Assembly (NCBI GenBank): GCA_013239625.1
Contig: MU054220.1
Coordinates: forward strand, 4,833,328 to 4,897,327
DNA length: 64,000 nt
Reading direction: 5' to 3'
From: Lama guanicoe
Lineage: Eukaryota
The notes below the pieces were generated by a model that saw only the letters and a list, made by a program, of their open reading frames with translations, ran no database searches and was not told where the DNA came from. Positions within the stretch are counted from its first letter, which is position 1; each line of letters begins with the position of its first letter. Below are positions 1-12,209 of the stretch, piece after piece. Made by a program: the position numbers and the translations under genes.

Positions 1-1341
1 TGCAGATATCGATCTATTGATATTTGCAAAGCCAGGAATTAATTTTAATAAAACAGGTGCGCCTCATTGTGGTGGTGGGTAATAAGGAAGAGGGGAGAAA
101 TTTATGCCATTCACACTTTATGGTTTCATTTTTTTTTCCAGTTCATCTTTTTAAAGATAAAACTCCCACCCCGAGTGTCTCACGTGGCCTCTGACCAGCA
201 CATGCAACCCCCATTCATACAAACAGAAAGCACCAGGGCATTCACACTTAGTAGAGACAGTACATTCATAAGCAAAGGCTCTGGGATCTTCCTTCCTTTC
301 ACGGTTGCTTGGCAGAAAAGGCATAGCAGCCCACCAAAGCAGGATTAAGTTTAATTGGGGGGGATTTAAATATTCAACTCGATAATTAGGTTGTATTGTT
401 AATATCTGAACAACCGCCCCCTTCAGGTAGCTCACAACATCGTCCTAATGAGTCTATTTTACAGCCATACGAGTTATATACACCTATGAATTCTATACAT
501 GAATACAGAGAGTACCTCCCCCATGGAAGCAAGGTGAGTGAGAGATGCCACTCTCAAATCTTTGGGAGAGGATATATTGGATTTCTCTGTTTCACAGAGG
601 AGGCAGTTTACAATAGTTTTGTATAGTCTTCATTGCCCACACTTCTTGCATCCCAACCCTCTCTCCCTGACCCATTCTCCTCAAATGTGCTGCACTTGTG
701 CCTCTGGTTGACGAAAGAATTTGGTTTCTTGGGCCCATTCAGTCTTTGGCCTCTGCTGAGACTGTTAATGAGGGGACTAATGAGGGCCATTGTGTACAGG
801 GGCCCTCTTGGGAAGCCCTTGGATGACAAGGGATGTGGGGGGCCTTGGGTGGAGGGGAAGGAGTGCCCAGGATATATTTAAATCATGTGGCTTAAAATTA
901 AAAGAGAATTAGTTTTTTGATACACCCATAAGGTCAGGTTTCCAACTGATCACCCGATCATTTATGCTTATCACTATTTGCTAAAAGAATGAGGCCCTTT
1001 CCTTCATTTTCTGAAATCTAGCGGAGAGAAGGACAAGGGTAAGATCTTGTTATCCTCAACATTTTCTGACAAGAGTGGAAAACTTAAAATTCTACCATGC
1101 CAGGCTAGCAGGTCAGGGGAGCAGAGGACAGGAAACCGTACCCATCTGCCCCTTGCTCAGCCCCAAGGAGAAGCACTGAGGCTAGTCAGGAGGCTGTGGG
1201 GCTAGAGTTTACCTAAGGAGAGTCTGTGGTGTTTGGAAGGAACCTTCAGCTGATGACAGGCTGACCACGTGGTTTGCCTGTCTTTCTCCCTCTCTCCTCT
1301 CTGAGAGGGTTCAGGGAGGACGGGCAATTGCTAATGGTTTG

Positions 1342-1357
1342 TGCTGCCGCTGCTGCT

Positions 1358-1387
<30 letters not shown>
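1342..1387. repeat. (CTG)-rich tract abutting (CAG)9
   Basis: tgctgccgctgctgctg|cagcagcagcagcagcagcagcagcagca. Confidence 0.95.
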
Positions 1388-1388
<1 letters not shown>

Positions 1389-2119
1389 AAGGAAGAGGCT
1401 ATGAGAAAACTGAGTGTTCCTCTCTCCCCCTAACCCGGCACTTACAGACTTTGGTAAAGACATTGATCAGTGGATGCTTCCAGCCAGCCAGGCACCTGCA
1501 AATAACTATCCCAGCTTGCAAGGGCTCCCATACACCCTTCATCACAAATGCATTCATTCACAGAAACTTACAGTCATTCATGCACCTGCACACAACAACA
1601 TTCATTCATATTTTAGCCATAACTGCAGCCACACATTTGCCTGCAAAGGCGGAGCAAGTGTGCACAGCAGGAACATGCCTTTAGAAGGCTGCATCCTACC
1701 CCTCCCCTCTTACACACACACATTCAGTGTTGGCCCTGCTTCCTTCCCTGGGAACAACACATTTCTGCCATTCAGACAGTTGAATCCCCAGCCTGTATAA
1801 AGACCTACTGGCCTCGCCCATGATTAGGTCATGGACAAGATGCCCAACTGCTGGCAGAGCTGCAAATGCCTAGGTGGATGAGGGGGGCCAGTTCTTTCCC
1901 TGGCTTGGTTTTCCTTCCTTGGCAGCCCGGTGAACAAAGAGAGGGCCAAGGGAGGGGCTTGCAATGTGGCCCAAGACTACAGTGCCCCACTTGGCCCGTT
2001 CCGATCTTGTCCTTTGGGGAGAGGTGAGAGTTGTGGAGAGCTGTCAAGTTCTGCAGGAGCCAAGATCTAGCATTCCAACACCTTGGGAATTCATGCTGGT
2101 CTGCACACCAAGGATGAGA

Positions 2120-2330
2120 AGCTGGAGATTCTCTATTTGCCCCCACCAGATCCACTGGGCTCTTTCTCCACTCTGTTCTGTGCCCCTAGAGGTTGACCTG
2201 CATGGACTGCATTAACAGATCTCTGGATCAGCCAAGGGGGAAATGTGAAGACAAGAGGAGAGCACCACCTCCCACCCTGCCAAGCTACAGGCTGTCTGTG
2301 GCTGTGCTCGTCTTCAGCAGGGCAGAAGTT
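2120..2330. mobile_element. Old ERVL-class LTR fragment (LTR33-like)
   Basis: ctccactctgttctgtgcccctagaggttgacctgcatggactgcattaacag resembles the LTR33 consensus as I recall it. Confidence 0.55.
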
Positions 2331-2493
2331 TCTGAATGCATGTTCCTCATTCGCTACTACTGACTACCAAAAAAAAAAAAAAACCTTCCATCAGAATGCT
2401 GGGTAAATAGTGTTTGTTTTATGGACATAAAACAAGGTGAGCTATTTCAGTTACGTACATTAAATTAAAGAACAGATGCTGCTGGAGATACTG

Positions 2494-2722
2494 TAGCATA
2501 GCGGTCCAGGAAAACTCTGAAAGTGGGCCATCAGCTTCGTTATTTACCAGCTTTGTGATTGTGGGCAAGTTACTTAATTTATCTAAGCCTCAGTTTCCTC
2601 CTCTGTAAAATGGGAGCACCCTACTCTTAGCATTGTTATGAGGACTGTGTAAGGTACTGTGTGTGAAAGTGTGGAACACAGCACCTGGCACAGTTAACCC
2701 ACCATAAACGTTAGCTATTTAA
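2494..2722 (+). mobile_element. MIR SINE
   Basis: Core gggcaagttacttaatttatctaagcctcagtttcctcctctgtaaaatggg. Confidence 0.85.
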
Positions 2723-2835
2723 CTACTAAGACTATAAGTATGCATTCTACAGATAACCTATGGGACATCTAGAATGTTTGAAGTTTTTGGCCCATGGCCA
2801 ACCATAAGATGTTCATTTTATATCATGAGCTGAAG

Positions 2836-2837
<2 letters not shown>

Positions 2838-2877
<40 letters not shown>

Positions 2878-2888
2878 ACACACACACA
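2838..2888. repeat. (CA)n microsatellite (second shorter tract at 2962-2989), probably within a hAT-type MER fossil
   Basis: Direct reading. Confidence 0.9.
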
Positions 2889-3285
2889 ACTAAAAGACAT
2901 TAATACTTAGCTTTACAACTTGCAAGACACTCTGGTATTTCTTCATTTATTCTATTTCATTACACACACACACACACAACACACACACAAAGTGTGGGCC
3001 ACAACCCATCAATGGAGAAACTGTGATCTGCTGGACCTTCCAGGGACCGATGTGATGAGGCCATCCTTAAAGGTGACAGAATAGGTAAAGACCATTTCCT
3101 CATGTCTTCTAAACAAGTGTAGTCACATTGATGGGGGAAAATCATTTGGGGGGTTTCTCTGCAGAATCTGAAATTCAACGAGCATTTGAGTGAACTTTTG
3201 TGTACAGAAACTAGGAGATGGGGAAGGGGACCCAAGTGTATAAAAGATGGTGCTTGCCCTGAAGGAGCTTATAGTTAACAGTTGT

Positions 3286-4440
3286 CATTCAACTCATTTA
3301 TTTATTTAACAAATTGAGCACCTACTACGTGTGAGGAAGCATTATTCTGCATCAGTATTCAAGACAAGTTCTTGACCTCACGCAGCTTATCTTCATATGA
3401 TAGTGACAGACAACAAAGAAATAAATAAATAAGCATAATATGATACAGATAGTGTAATGGCTCTTAAGAAGAGGTAAGGAAATGGAGAGTGACTGGTGGG
3501 AAGGCCTATTCTGGATAAGGTAATCAGGGAACACTTCTCAAGAAAGTGATCAGAGAAGTGAGGGAGCACACCCTGTAAATTCTAAGAGAAATGCACTCCA
3601 TTAAGAGGGGCCAGTGAGAACAAAGGCTCTGAGGCAGAAATGGAATAGTCCAGAAACAGGATGAACAGGATGGCTAGAGATCAGTGAGCCTGTGAGAGGT
3701 AGGTGGGGCCAGATGACACAGGGTCCTGAAGGTCATGTTAATCTTGAACTACAGCTGATGTGATGGGAGACTATTGTAGGGCTTGGGGCAGGAGAATAAC
3801 ATGATCTGGTGTATGTCTTAAAAGGATCACTCTTGCTGCCGTGTGGAGAACTGACTCAAGAGGGCAAGAGGAAAACAGTGGGACTGGTCCAGAGGCTATA
3901 ATGGCAGTCAAACAAGAGATAATGGTGGCTTGGACCAGGCTGACATTGATGGAGGGGGCAGGAAGTGATTGGATCAGCAGCACCTAACAACTCTGAAAGC
4001 TGGTGCTTCTCTATATCTGTAATACAACGGAGAACGGGAGGTGCCAAGCTAGAGTACACTGTGTTGTGGGAATCAGATGAAAATTACATCTGGCTGTGGG
4101 ATGAGCTGGCACTTGAGTTGTGTCTTCAAGGATGAGTGGGCAGAAATGGTGAGGGAGGAGAGGACATTCCAAAGAAAGGGAAAAGCATACGCGTGACGGC
4201 GCAAAAGAAGGAAAGCAGGAGGCATGTTTGCGGCCCAGGGGTAATTCTGTGGATTATGGTGGGCCTGAAAGGGTGGCCTAGGAAGTAAGGTTGAACAGGT
4301 AGATTTGGGATAAAGGGCCCTGGAGTGCCACGACAGAGTTTGGGCAATGCAGAGCCAGAGCCACTGCATGTTCCTAAGGAGGGTTTATGTGATCAGAGCT
4401 GAGCTTTAGAGAATATTGGGTAATGAGAGGCTATGGGGGA
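3286..4440 (-). mobile_element. LINE-2 fragments
   Basis: L2 3'-end signature cattcaactcatttatttatttaacaaattgagcacctactacgtg followed by typical purine-rich L2 antisense sequence (aaaaggatcactcttgctgccgtgtggagaa). Confidence 0.75.
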
Positions 4441-6029
4441 ACCTGGAAGCCTCTGCTTTGGGCCTCAGTAGATTCATTCATTAAGGAGATCTTTGACTTT
4501 ATCTGATGCAAAATCTTTTGTTCCAGCCAAACCAGCCTTCTCCCTGACCAGTGGGCTGCCAACAGCCATCCCTCCCTCCCTGCCCTTATTCATGTAGTTC
4601 TCAGCACCGAGGACACATTCCCCAGCTCCTGTCCACTTATTCAAAATCTCCCTATTCTTCCCTGGTCCCTTGGCCTCCATTACTTTCTCCCTTCCATCAG
4701 TGCACTTGTCTACACCACTCATGTTGGCTCTTAACCTCATATACCCACTCACATTTCCTTAAGTAGGTATTTCAAGAACGTAGGACTTTCCCTGAGATAG
4801 GAACTCCTTTCCGTCAAGGACATTACCTGGCATTTCCTTAGTTTTCTACACCGTGCCTGGCACTCTGTAGCCATTCCATTACATTGACCACCCTCATACC
4901 TAGTAAAGTAGTGTTGAAAGCCAAGTGTCCTCCTCGAGAGCCAAGAGTAGGAAGGCAATTGTCTAGATACACTGAATCCAGACACATAGCCCAAGGGGAC
5001 CCATCTTCTCGCCTCCATCTATCTTCCATCCCCTGGATATCCCAGAAATAAACACACTGAAAACGGGACACACTTAGGTTTTACTTGCCATGTAAGAACT
5101 GTCCTGGGGAATTACCTTTGCTCCAGAGAGTATAATCCACGTTCAAGGGAACACACCAAGCCCACGATTTCCCACAGGGAGAGAGGGAAACATGGCCTGG
5201 ATCAGATGCAGTGACCTCCCCTCTCTACCTCATAACCCTGACCCTCCTCAGGCATTTGGTATCTGGTGGACAGGTGGCTTCCCTGGATCCTGCTCCCAGG
5301 CTCTGTACCACACCAAATACCGGTTTTCCCTGAGATGGTTTCCTTACTTTAGGGGCTTCTGCTCTGGAACCATGCCCCCACCCCATTTCTCAAACCACTG
5401 GAAAAAGCAAGCAGTGAGACACAAGTTACAAGACAGCAACAAGGCTGCATGGACTCTCTCAACACCGGACACCTTGCAGGAACAGGAACATGGGTCACTT
5501 AAGGACACAATGCAAAGGCACAGATGATGGGTTTCCTTCTCTGCTACTGTGGACACTCAGTCCGGCACTTGGCCTGTCCTTGGCCTGCACTGCTCACTGG
5601 GTTCTTTCCAGATGCTCTACCTGCCATTTCTGGGGTGGGGGGAGGGGGAGCGGTTTGGGGGCAGAGGTGGGAGTCAGCGAGGTCACCAACCCAGGAAGGA
5701 TGAAGATGTCAGACTCTTGTCCATGGACTGAGTTCCGTGCTGCGCCCAGGAACCAGTAAGACAGGGCACTGGACCCCGGTGGTCAAGACCAACCCAGATG
5801 GCTATGCCATGGCATCAGCGCACTAATGGAGGTTAAAAGACGCCAGGAGATCCTCCTCATTTCAAAATCACTTCTCCCCTCCTTCCTCCGCAGGTTAAAT
5901 CTGGAACCGTCTTTCACTTGGGTTATAGTCCCCTTACTCTGCCTCCTCCTTCCATCCCTAAAACTCAGGGGATTGCGGGTAGTGAAGGGACACCTCCTTT
6001 CACTGAGTCTCATCCCTCGCCCCCAAATC

Positions 6030-6900
6030 CGGGCAAGCAATGGAGCTCAGCATCCCCGGCCCCCAACCCCAGGACAGAGACGGTCGGGGGCGCGGCTGCA
6101 GAAAGCACACTTTCCCGCAGCCAGTCTAGGCCGACCCGCCCCCGCCGCCACCACGGCCTCCCTCCCACGCGTGGAAGCCGAGACGCGACGGCGGCGACGG
6201 CGGCCGCGGGGCGGGGCCTGCCGGTCACGGGGGCGGCACGCGGCCCTGCGTCGCGGGCACGTGAGGGGGCGGGGCCTGCGCCCAGGAGCTCCTCTCGGGG
6301 CTGCTTGCGTAGGAGCGCGGCGCCCGCCTCCGCCCGCGCCCGCTCCCGAGCGTCGCGGGCACGTGAGGGGGCGGGGCCTGCGCCCAGGATCCCCTCTCGC
6401 GGCTGCTTGCGTAGGAGCGCGGCGCCCGCCTCCGCCCGCGCCCGCTCCCGCTCCCGCCCCGCCCGGCGCCACCGCCCCCGCGCCGCTGCGCGCGCCGCCT
6501 CCGCCCCGAGAGCTCCCGTGCGGGGGCGGGCGGCGGAGCCAGGGGAGCGGGAGCCGACGGGGGTAGGAGCAAGGGGGTGGGGGATGCGCGACGCCCTCCG
6601 CCCAGGCAAGCCCGTTCTCTCAGTCCCTCCACAGACTCTCCGGGACATTAGGGCTTTTCCTAGATTTGGGGCGAGGAGAAGCAGGGATGCGGAATACAGC
6701 CGCGGGCTGCTGGAGGCGAGGGGTGCGGTCGGGTGCGAGGACCCCCCTTCCTTTCACACCCCGCCCCCCCATCCACCCACGCGCGCGTGCTCTCCCGGCG
6801 CTGATGATGTCCTGCCCGCTCCGCTGCTCTGGCTCGGCTCGTGACTCTGCTTCGTGCTGGCAGAATTCCGCAGCGTGCACTTGGGGGCGGGGGCGAGGAG
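6030..6900. promoter_or_regulatory. CpG island / promoter-like element
   Basis: Very high GC and CpG density; multiple GC boxes (GGGGCGGGG), E-boxes CACGTG at 6258 and 6360, palindrome CCACGCGTGG. Confidence 0.9.
6248..6450. repeat. Tandem duplication, 2 copies, 102-bp period
   Basis: 6248-6348 vs 6350-6450 differ at 3 positions (gagct/gatcc; cgggg/cgcgg). Confidence 0.95.
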
Positions 6901-8351
6901 ACTGGCTCCAGGCCGTGCCCCTTGGGCCTGCTGCCTTCGGGCCTTCCCTGCTGCCAGGCACCCCACTTATGTGCCCCCACCCCCAATGACTGTGGCCTCC
7001 CACATCAGGTCATTCCCAGTCCCCGTGTCCCGGTTCACCCTACGGGACACTCGAGTCTCCATCCTGCACCTGGTTGCCCTGGATGGCATTGAAAGCTCCT
7101 ATCAGTTCCTCTATGATGGCAGCAGAGGGGGTCTGGGATGATTGTCCACAGGGCCCCTTTGGTGTACACTCTTTTGACACAGGGCAGTGGAAGAACAAAC
7201 AGGAACTCCGCTGGAGGAGATGGAGCCTAAACACCGGCTGGTTTCCACCCTCCCTTGTTGATCACCCAAGCACGTGTCTGCCCCCGGGGTAAATATTGTG
7301 CTTTGGTTCCGAACAGCACCCAGAAGGTGCACTCGTTACCCCTGGTAACTGGGCAGCAAGGCCTGGCTCAGGCGTCTTTCTTCTGGGTTGCAGTGCGTGT
7401 GACGCAGGGTCGGAGTTAAGGTGGTGTGTGGTGCACGAACGTAGGATGAGAAAATAAGTATTATGAAAAGCAAGAGGTACTCAGAAATCTGACCCAGTGC
7501 ACTCACCGTTGAGAACATCCTGCAGCAGAGGGTGTGGGCTCGCTCCTCTGAGGAACAGACTGGGTGAGACCTGTTTTTGCCCCTCCCTCTGGCAAATGGT
7601 AGATTCTGGATTTCAAGAGACACACCTGGGCGCTCTCCTCCAGCTGGCAGTTACCTGGGCTGAAGTTTCACCAGGAGAGAGGCAGCAGGGCTGGGGCTTT
7701 GAGATTCCAGGATCCAGGTAGCCGCTGTCTCAAAGCTTGACCTGGATAGGCTCTTGAAAACTGCTTTGCAAACAAGCTCTGTCAGCCCCAAAAGAGAAGG
7801 CTGAGTGGATGGTTCAGTGTTCCCTGGTCCCTCCTCTGCTCCAGGCTGCTGGGGTTGTTGAATCTGGTTGTCTTGGACATTGGAAACGTGAGGATGTCCT
7901 TCAGAAAGCCCTTCAACCCCCGGGGCCACACGCTTCAGAATTCCTGTTACTCAGGATAGCAATTTCATACAGTTTAGCTGCAGCTTGTTCCTTGATTCGA
8001 GTTAATTTTTTCACCTGCTATCACCTTGAAGACAGGGATGTATGTGCAAACATGCAAAGGGCCTCAGGAGAGGGCTGCGCTCCTAGAGGAGGAAAGGGCA
8101 GTACAGAGCTTTCGGATCCTTTGACTGTTTATTCATTTGTGTTTCTTGATGGCTTACTCTGTTCCATGCCTTGTGCAAGGCACTGGGGAAACCTAGTTAA
8201 AATGAAATGGACTTTGTTGGTGGAGAGTTTGGGGTCCACTGAGAAGACAGTAAATGATGAGATCACAGTGAAATAACTGGTATAACTGGATTACTCATGA
8301 GATGCAATGAGAACATATGTGGTGAGGCTGCTAAAAATCTGTCCTGAGGAG

Positions 8352-8750
8352 TGTATCTATCAGCTTGGGCTACATTATGCTGCAGTAACAAATGATTCCA
8401 ACAACTCAAATAACTAAAAACAGTCAGGGTTTTGTATTTCTCGCTTTCATGTCCACCAGAGATCTCCTCTGGTTCTGCTGCATGCCCTCTTCATCTGGCA
8501 TCAAAAGTAAAGGGGCGGTCCCTACATAGGTCTGGCTGGTCTCAATGGCAGAGAGAAAATAGAGATGGCAGAGCCATGAAATGACTTCTGCTCCAGAATG
8601 GTATATGTCACCCCCAGTCATGCTGCATTGGTCAAAGCAAGTCATGTGATTAAGTTGGCCATAAATGGAGCAAGAAGTATAATCCTTCTCTAGGATCAGG
8701 CCAGTGGGAGGGATGGTGAATATCTGGACCAATTATACATCCTACCACAG
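8352..8750 (-). mobile_element. MaLR LTR (old MLT1 family)
   Basis: Starts tgtatctatcagcttgggctacattatgctgcagtaacaaat; contains cattggtcaaagcaagtcatgtg. Confidence 0.7.
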
Positions 8751-9679
8751 TTTCCAGGGGTGGTGATGCTTGGGCAGATTACAGAAGTAGATCAGAACTT
8801 GAGCAGGTGGCAGACAAGGCAAGCAAGAATATTCCTGCAGAGAGAACCCCATTGGCCATAGTCATGGAGGCATGAAACGTGCAACAATCTTTCCCCCTAA
8901 GCCTGCATAGTGTAGGGCAGCATTCTTCATCCACTATCCCCTCCCATGTATGAATCTCTTTTTAGGGCCTGCCCCCAGACATGTTTCAGAGGGTTGTCAC
9001 AGGGGAAGGATGCTGATTGGTTGTTGTATGTCTTCTCAGAGAAAATGGACCCAAGTTATCCCCAAAAGACTCTTGTCCTCCATAAATACTGGAAAACAGA
9101 ACACCACCACCGAGAAGGAATCAGCAAATTGCCATGAGATTCTTGATGCTTTAGAGGCTAGATAGTGGTGGGTCTGGCCCCCATGCATGGGGGCTGGGGG
9201 CTGCCAGAGTGACCCCTGCAGATGTCAAGCCTTCTAAGCTTTCAGCCTTTGTTCATGGGAAGAGTTTCAGGGGATGTCTGTAGATGGTTCTGGTGGTCAC
9301 TTGGGTCTCAGCAACCCAGCCTTTCCCTCCTGGTCAATAAAAGCCTCATGCCCACCCTTCTTTTATTTTCTATCCTGATTTAGGTGTTGAAAGTGAGACA
9401 CCTGTTGACCAGGAATCCTAGGTGGCAAACACCCCCTCAGATGCTGCTAAGCGACAACAAATGTACATTGTTGATTCTGGTAGGATTAGTTACACCTTTT
9501 GTAGTGGTTTGGCTTTTCCTTCATGATGCTGTAAATGCCTTGAGGGCAGTGCTCATGGCATGACTTCTTTCCCCTCTGTTTCCTAGAGTGGTATTTCCCT
9601 GGGTACCAGAGCCACCCAAAGAAGACTTGAATCTGGGTTGACTAGTTGGAAGACAGCCCTTCTAAAGAGAATCAGAAAT

Positions 9680-10645
9680 ACTTTAGTTGCAAGAAATGGA
9701 AAATCCAGCCCAACTGGCTTAATTTAAAGCACATTTTGTTTTGTTTTTTCAGTTTGCAGAACATGGGAAGTCCACAGGGCGGAGTCACCCTCAGGCGTGG
9801 CTTCATGTAGGGGCCTAAAGCAGACACGTGGTATCTCGTTCTCTCCATATCTAGGCTCTGCTTTCTTCCTGGCTGGCTCCATTCTCAGATAGGCCCCTTC
9901 AGTCTGGGTGTAAGATGGCTCCAGAACTTCCAATCTTGCGCTTGCCCGGATCTAAGTCCACTGGGAAAGAACGTCTGTGCCTCTCCCAGCATTCCTGGCT
10001 TAGGCCTCTCCTGAACCATTTGTGGTGACTTGGGGACTGCAATGCTCCAATGATATAGGATGAAGGTGCCTATATTTCGGGTGGGTTTCACCCCATCCAC
10101 AAAGCATATGACTGAGAGACGGAGAGGAGATGGTTCCCAAAGGGCATCCAGGGGTGGTGATGAGTGGAAAGGTGAATGGGAGGTGGTGACAAAGATGGCA
10201 GATGTTCAGTTTACTGACAGTGGTCTGTATCCATCAGCTATTTCTACAACAATGCTGTATAACAAACCACCCCAAAACTCAGTGGCTTACGATATTTAGT
10301 ATAATTTTTTTCCTCACTCATGAGTTTGTGAGGTAGTTAGGGCATCTCTGCTTTGGTCTGCAGGTTGACTAAGCTTGGTCCCAGGACATGGACTGGGTTC
10401 AGGGTCTGGTTTATTTTCTATCATCCTTCTGGGAACAGGAGCCACCTGGGAGCATGTTCATCTCATAGTGAAGGGCAGGAGCACGTGGGAGGGAGCAGAA
10501 ACACACCATTCCTTTTAAGACCTGGGAACCAGCATGCTATTGGCTCTGCCCACATTCCTTTGGCCAAAGCAAGACAGGAGGCCAAGCCCCGCATCAGTAG
10601 GACAGAGAAATATACTGAAAAATAATCCAGCTTATCGCAGTGTTG
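9680..10645 (-). mobile_element. Two adjacent old MLT1-family MaLR LTRs (~9680-10200 and ~10226-10645)
   Basis: ctttagttgcaagaaatggaaaatccagcccaactggcttaa and atgctgtataacaaaccaccccaaaactcagtggctta signatures. Confidence 0.65.
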
Positions 10646-11644
10646 CAAAAAGTGAGCTCAGCGGTAGGATTAGAATGGGCTGCTCCAAATTTCCCAAACT
10701 CCATCCGTATGGCTTTATTCACAGTTATCCCATGTTCACATGGACATGCATGAGAAGATTCTGCTGAGAAAATCACACATCGGTTTCTTTTGTCTCCTGA
10801 ACTTCCCTTTCCCCTGGCCTTAGCCTCTAATCTTTATCTAGATTTTCCTGCACCAACTATCTGTGATTCGCTTCACCTGTTTTTGAGGCTCTGCAGGCTG
10901 ATCCAGGAGCTACAGTGGGTGGGTATCAACAACAGGTCAGTGTCCACCTGTCTGGAAAGTTGTGGAAGGAATTCTTGCTGTAACTGGGAGATTGGATAAG
11001 AGATTACTTCGTGAGCCCTTTCCCACACTGAGATACTCTGATTCTAGGTATCCTGTGTCAGTTTCTGACCCATGTAGTTATATTTTAGGATGCAGGGTTT
11101 GACCTGTGAATCCGATCTCTTGGCCTCCAGTGTCCTCAGTCTGGGATCCATCAGGGCCTGAGACCACAGTAAGCTCATGTACCCAGAAGACCATTGCTCT
11201 GCCTCCCCTAGAGGAACACATGAGAAATCAATATTGGAAGAAGGCAAGTTTCTCAGCAGCCAGATTTCTTTATAAAGCTTGTCTTTGCCTCTGGATAGCT
11301 TCTGATGGAAGAGTCATCCAGAAACATTAGTCTCCCCCATCCTTACTTTAAAAAAAACAAAAACAAAAGGATCTCCAAGAAGGAAAGCACCACTTTTCAT
11401 TCTGTACTCCACTGGTGTAAAACCCTCAACATCAGGAAGTTCTGCATAGTGTCCAACTTGATTCTCCATGGTTGAAGGCCACCATTTCTCCCTTCTCATC
11501 CTTTACATCTTTGCATAGGGTGGAATCTATCTCTACTGTTGGTGTTGTGTAGACCTGTTCATTTTGTGGTTCCAGAAGAAAGACCTGGTGTCATTTTATT
11601 TCATATCAACAAACAATCATTGAATGAGTGTGATGATCCCCACA

Positions 11645-11890
11645 AGCACTACGGTGTTAAGAGCATCACCTTTGAAGTCACTGTGTTCCAGTTCTGGCTC
11701 TGCAGTCTACTAGCTGTGTGACCTTGGGTAACTTGTTTAGCCTATTTTGTCCACAGCCTCCTTGTGTGTAAAATGCGTTTAAGATAGTACCTTTCCTAGG
11801 ATTCTCATAAGGGACAAGTAGTCAATACATGTAGAATACTTAGAGTAGTGTCTGGCATATATGTGCTCAGTAAACGTTGGCTGTCATTAT
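11645..11890 (+). mobile_element. MIR SINE
   Basis: ctggctctgcagtctactagctgtgtgaccttgggtaacttg...gtagtgtctggcatat. Confidence 0.8.
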
Positions 11891-12209
11891 TCTTATTTTG
11901 AGATATAGGATTTAGTTGCTGCCCTCAAAGAACTCAAACTCCATGGAAGAAAAATGGCATTGATCACACTGGGGTGTAGCTGCTCTCTTGTTTAAGATGG
12001 CAAAGGGACATGGGGGGTTGTAGGAACACAGAGAAAGTTACAAGGAGTTAGATTTTTAAAATTTAAGATAAGATCTTCCTAACAATTAGAATTGGTCAGT
12101 AAATTAGTAAGTAATGAATTCTCCAATCATCAGAGGCATTCAGGCAAATCCTGAATAGCCACCCAGGTAGATGGTCGGAAATTCTCCTGGAATTGAAAGA
12201 ACAGCCTTT

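Noticed and set aside
1274..1684. 136-aa ORF with poly-Ala
   Set aside because: Poly-Ala is just the CTG/CAG microsatellite; non-ATG start; no homology recognised
5826..6844. Long overlapping ORFs (246, 308, 212 aa) on both strands
   Set aside because: Low-complexity Arg/Pro/Ala/Gly translations expected from stop-poor GC-rich DNA; open in several frames; no recognisable domain
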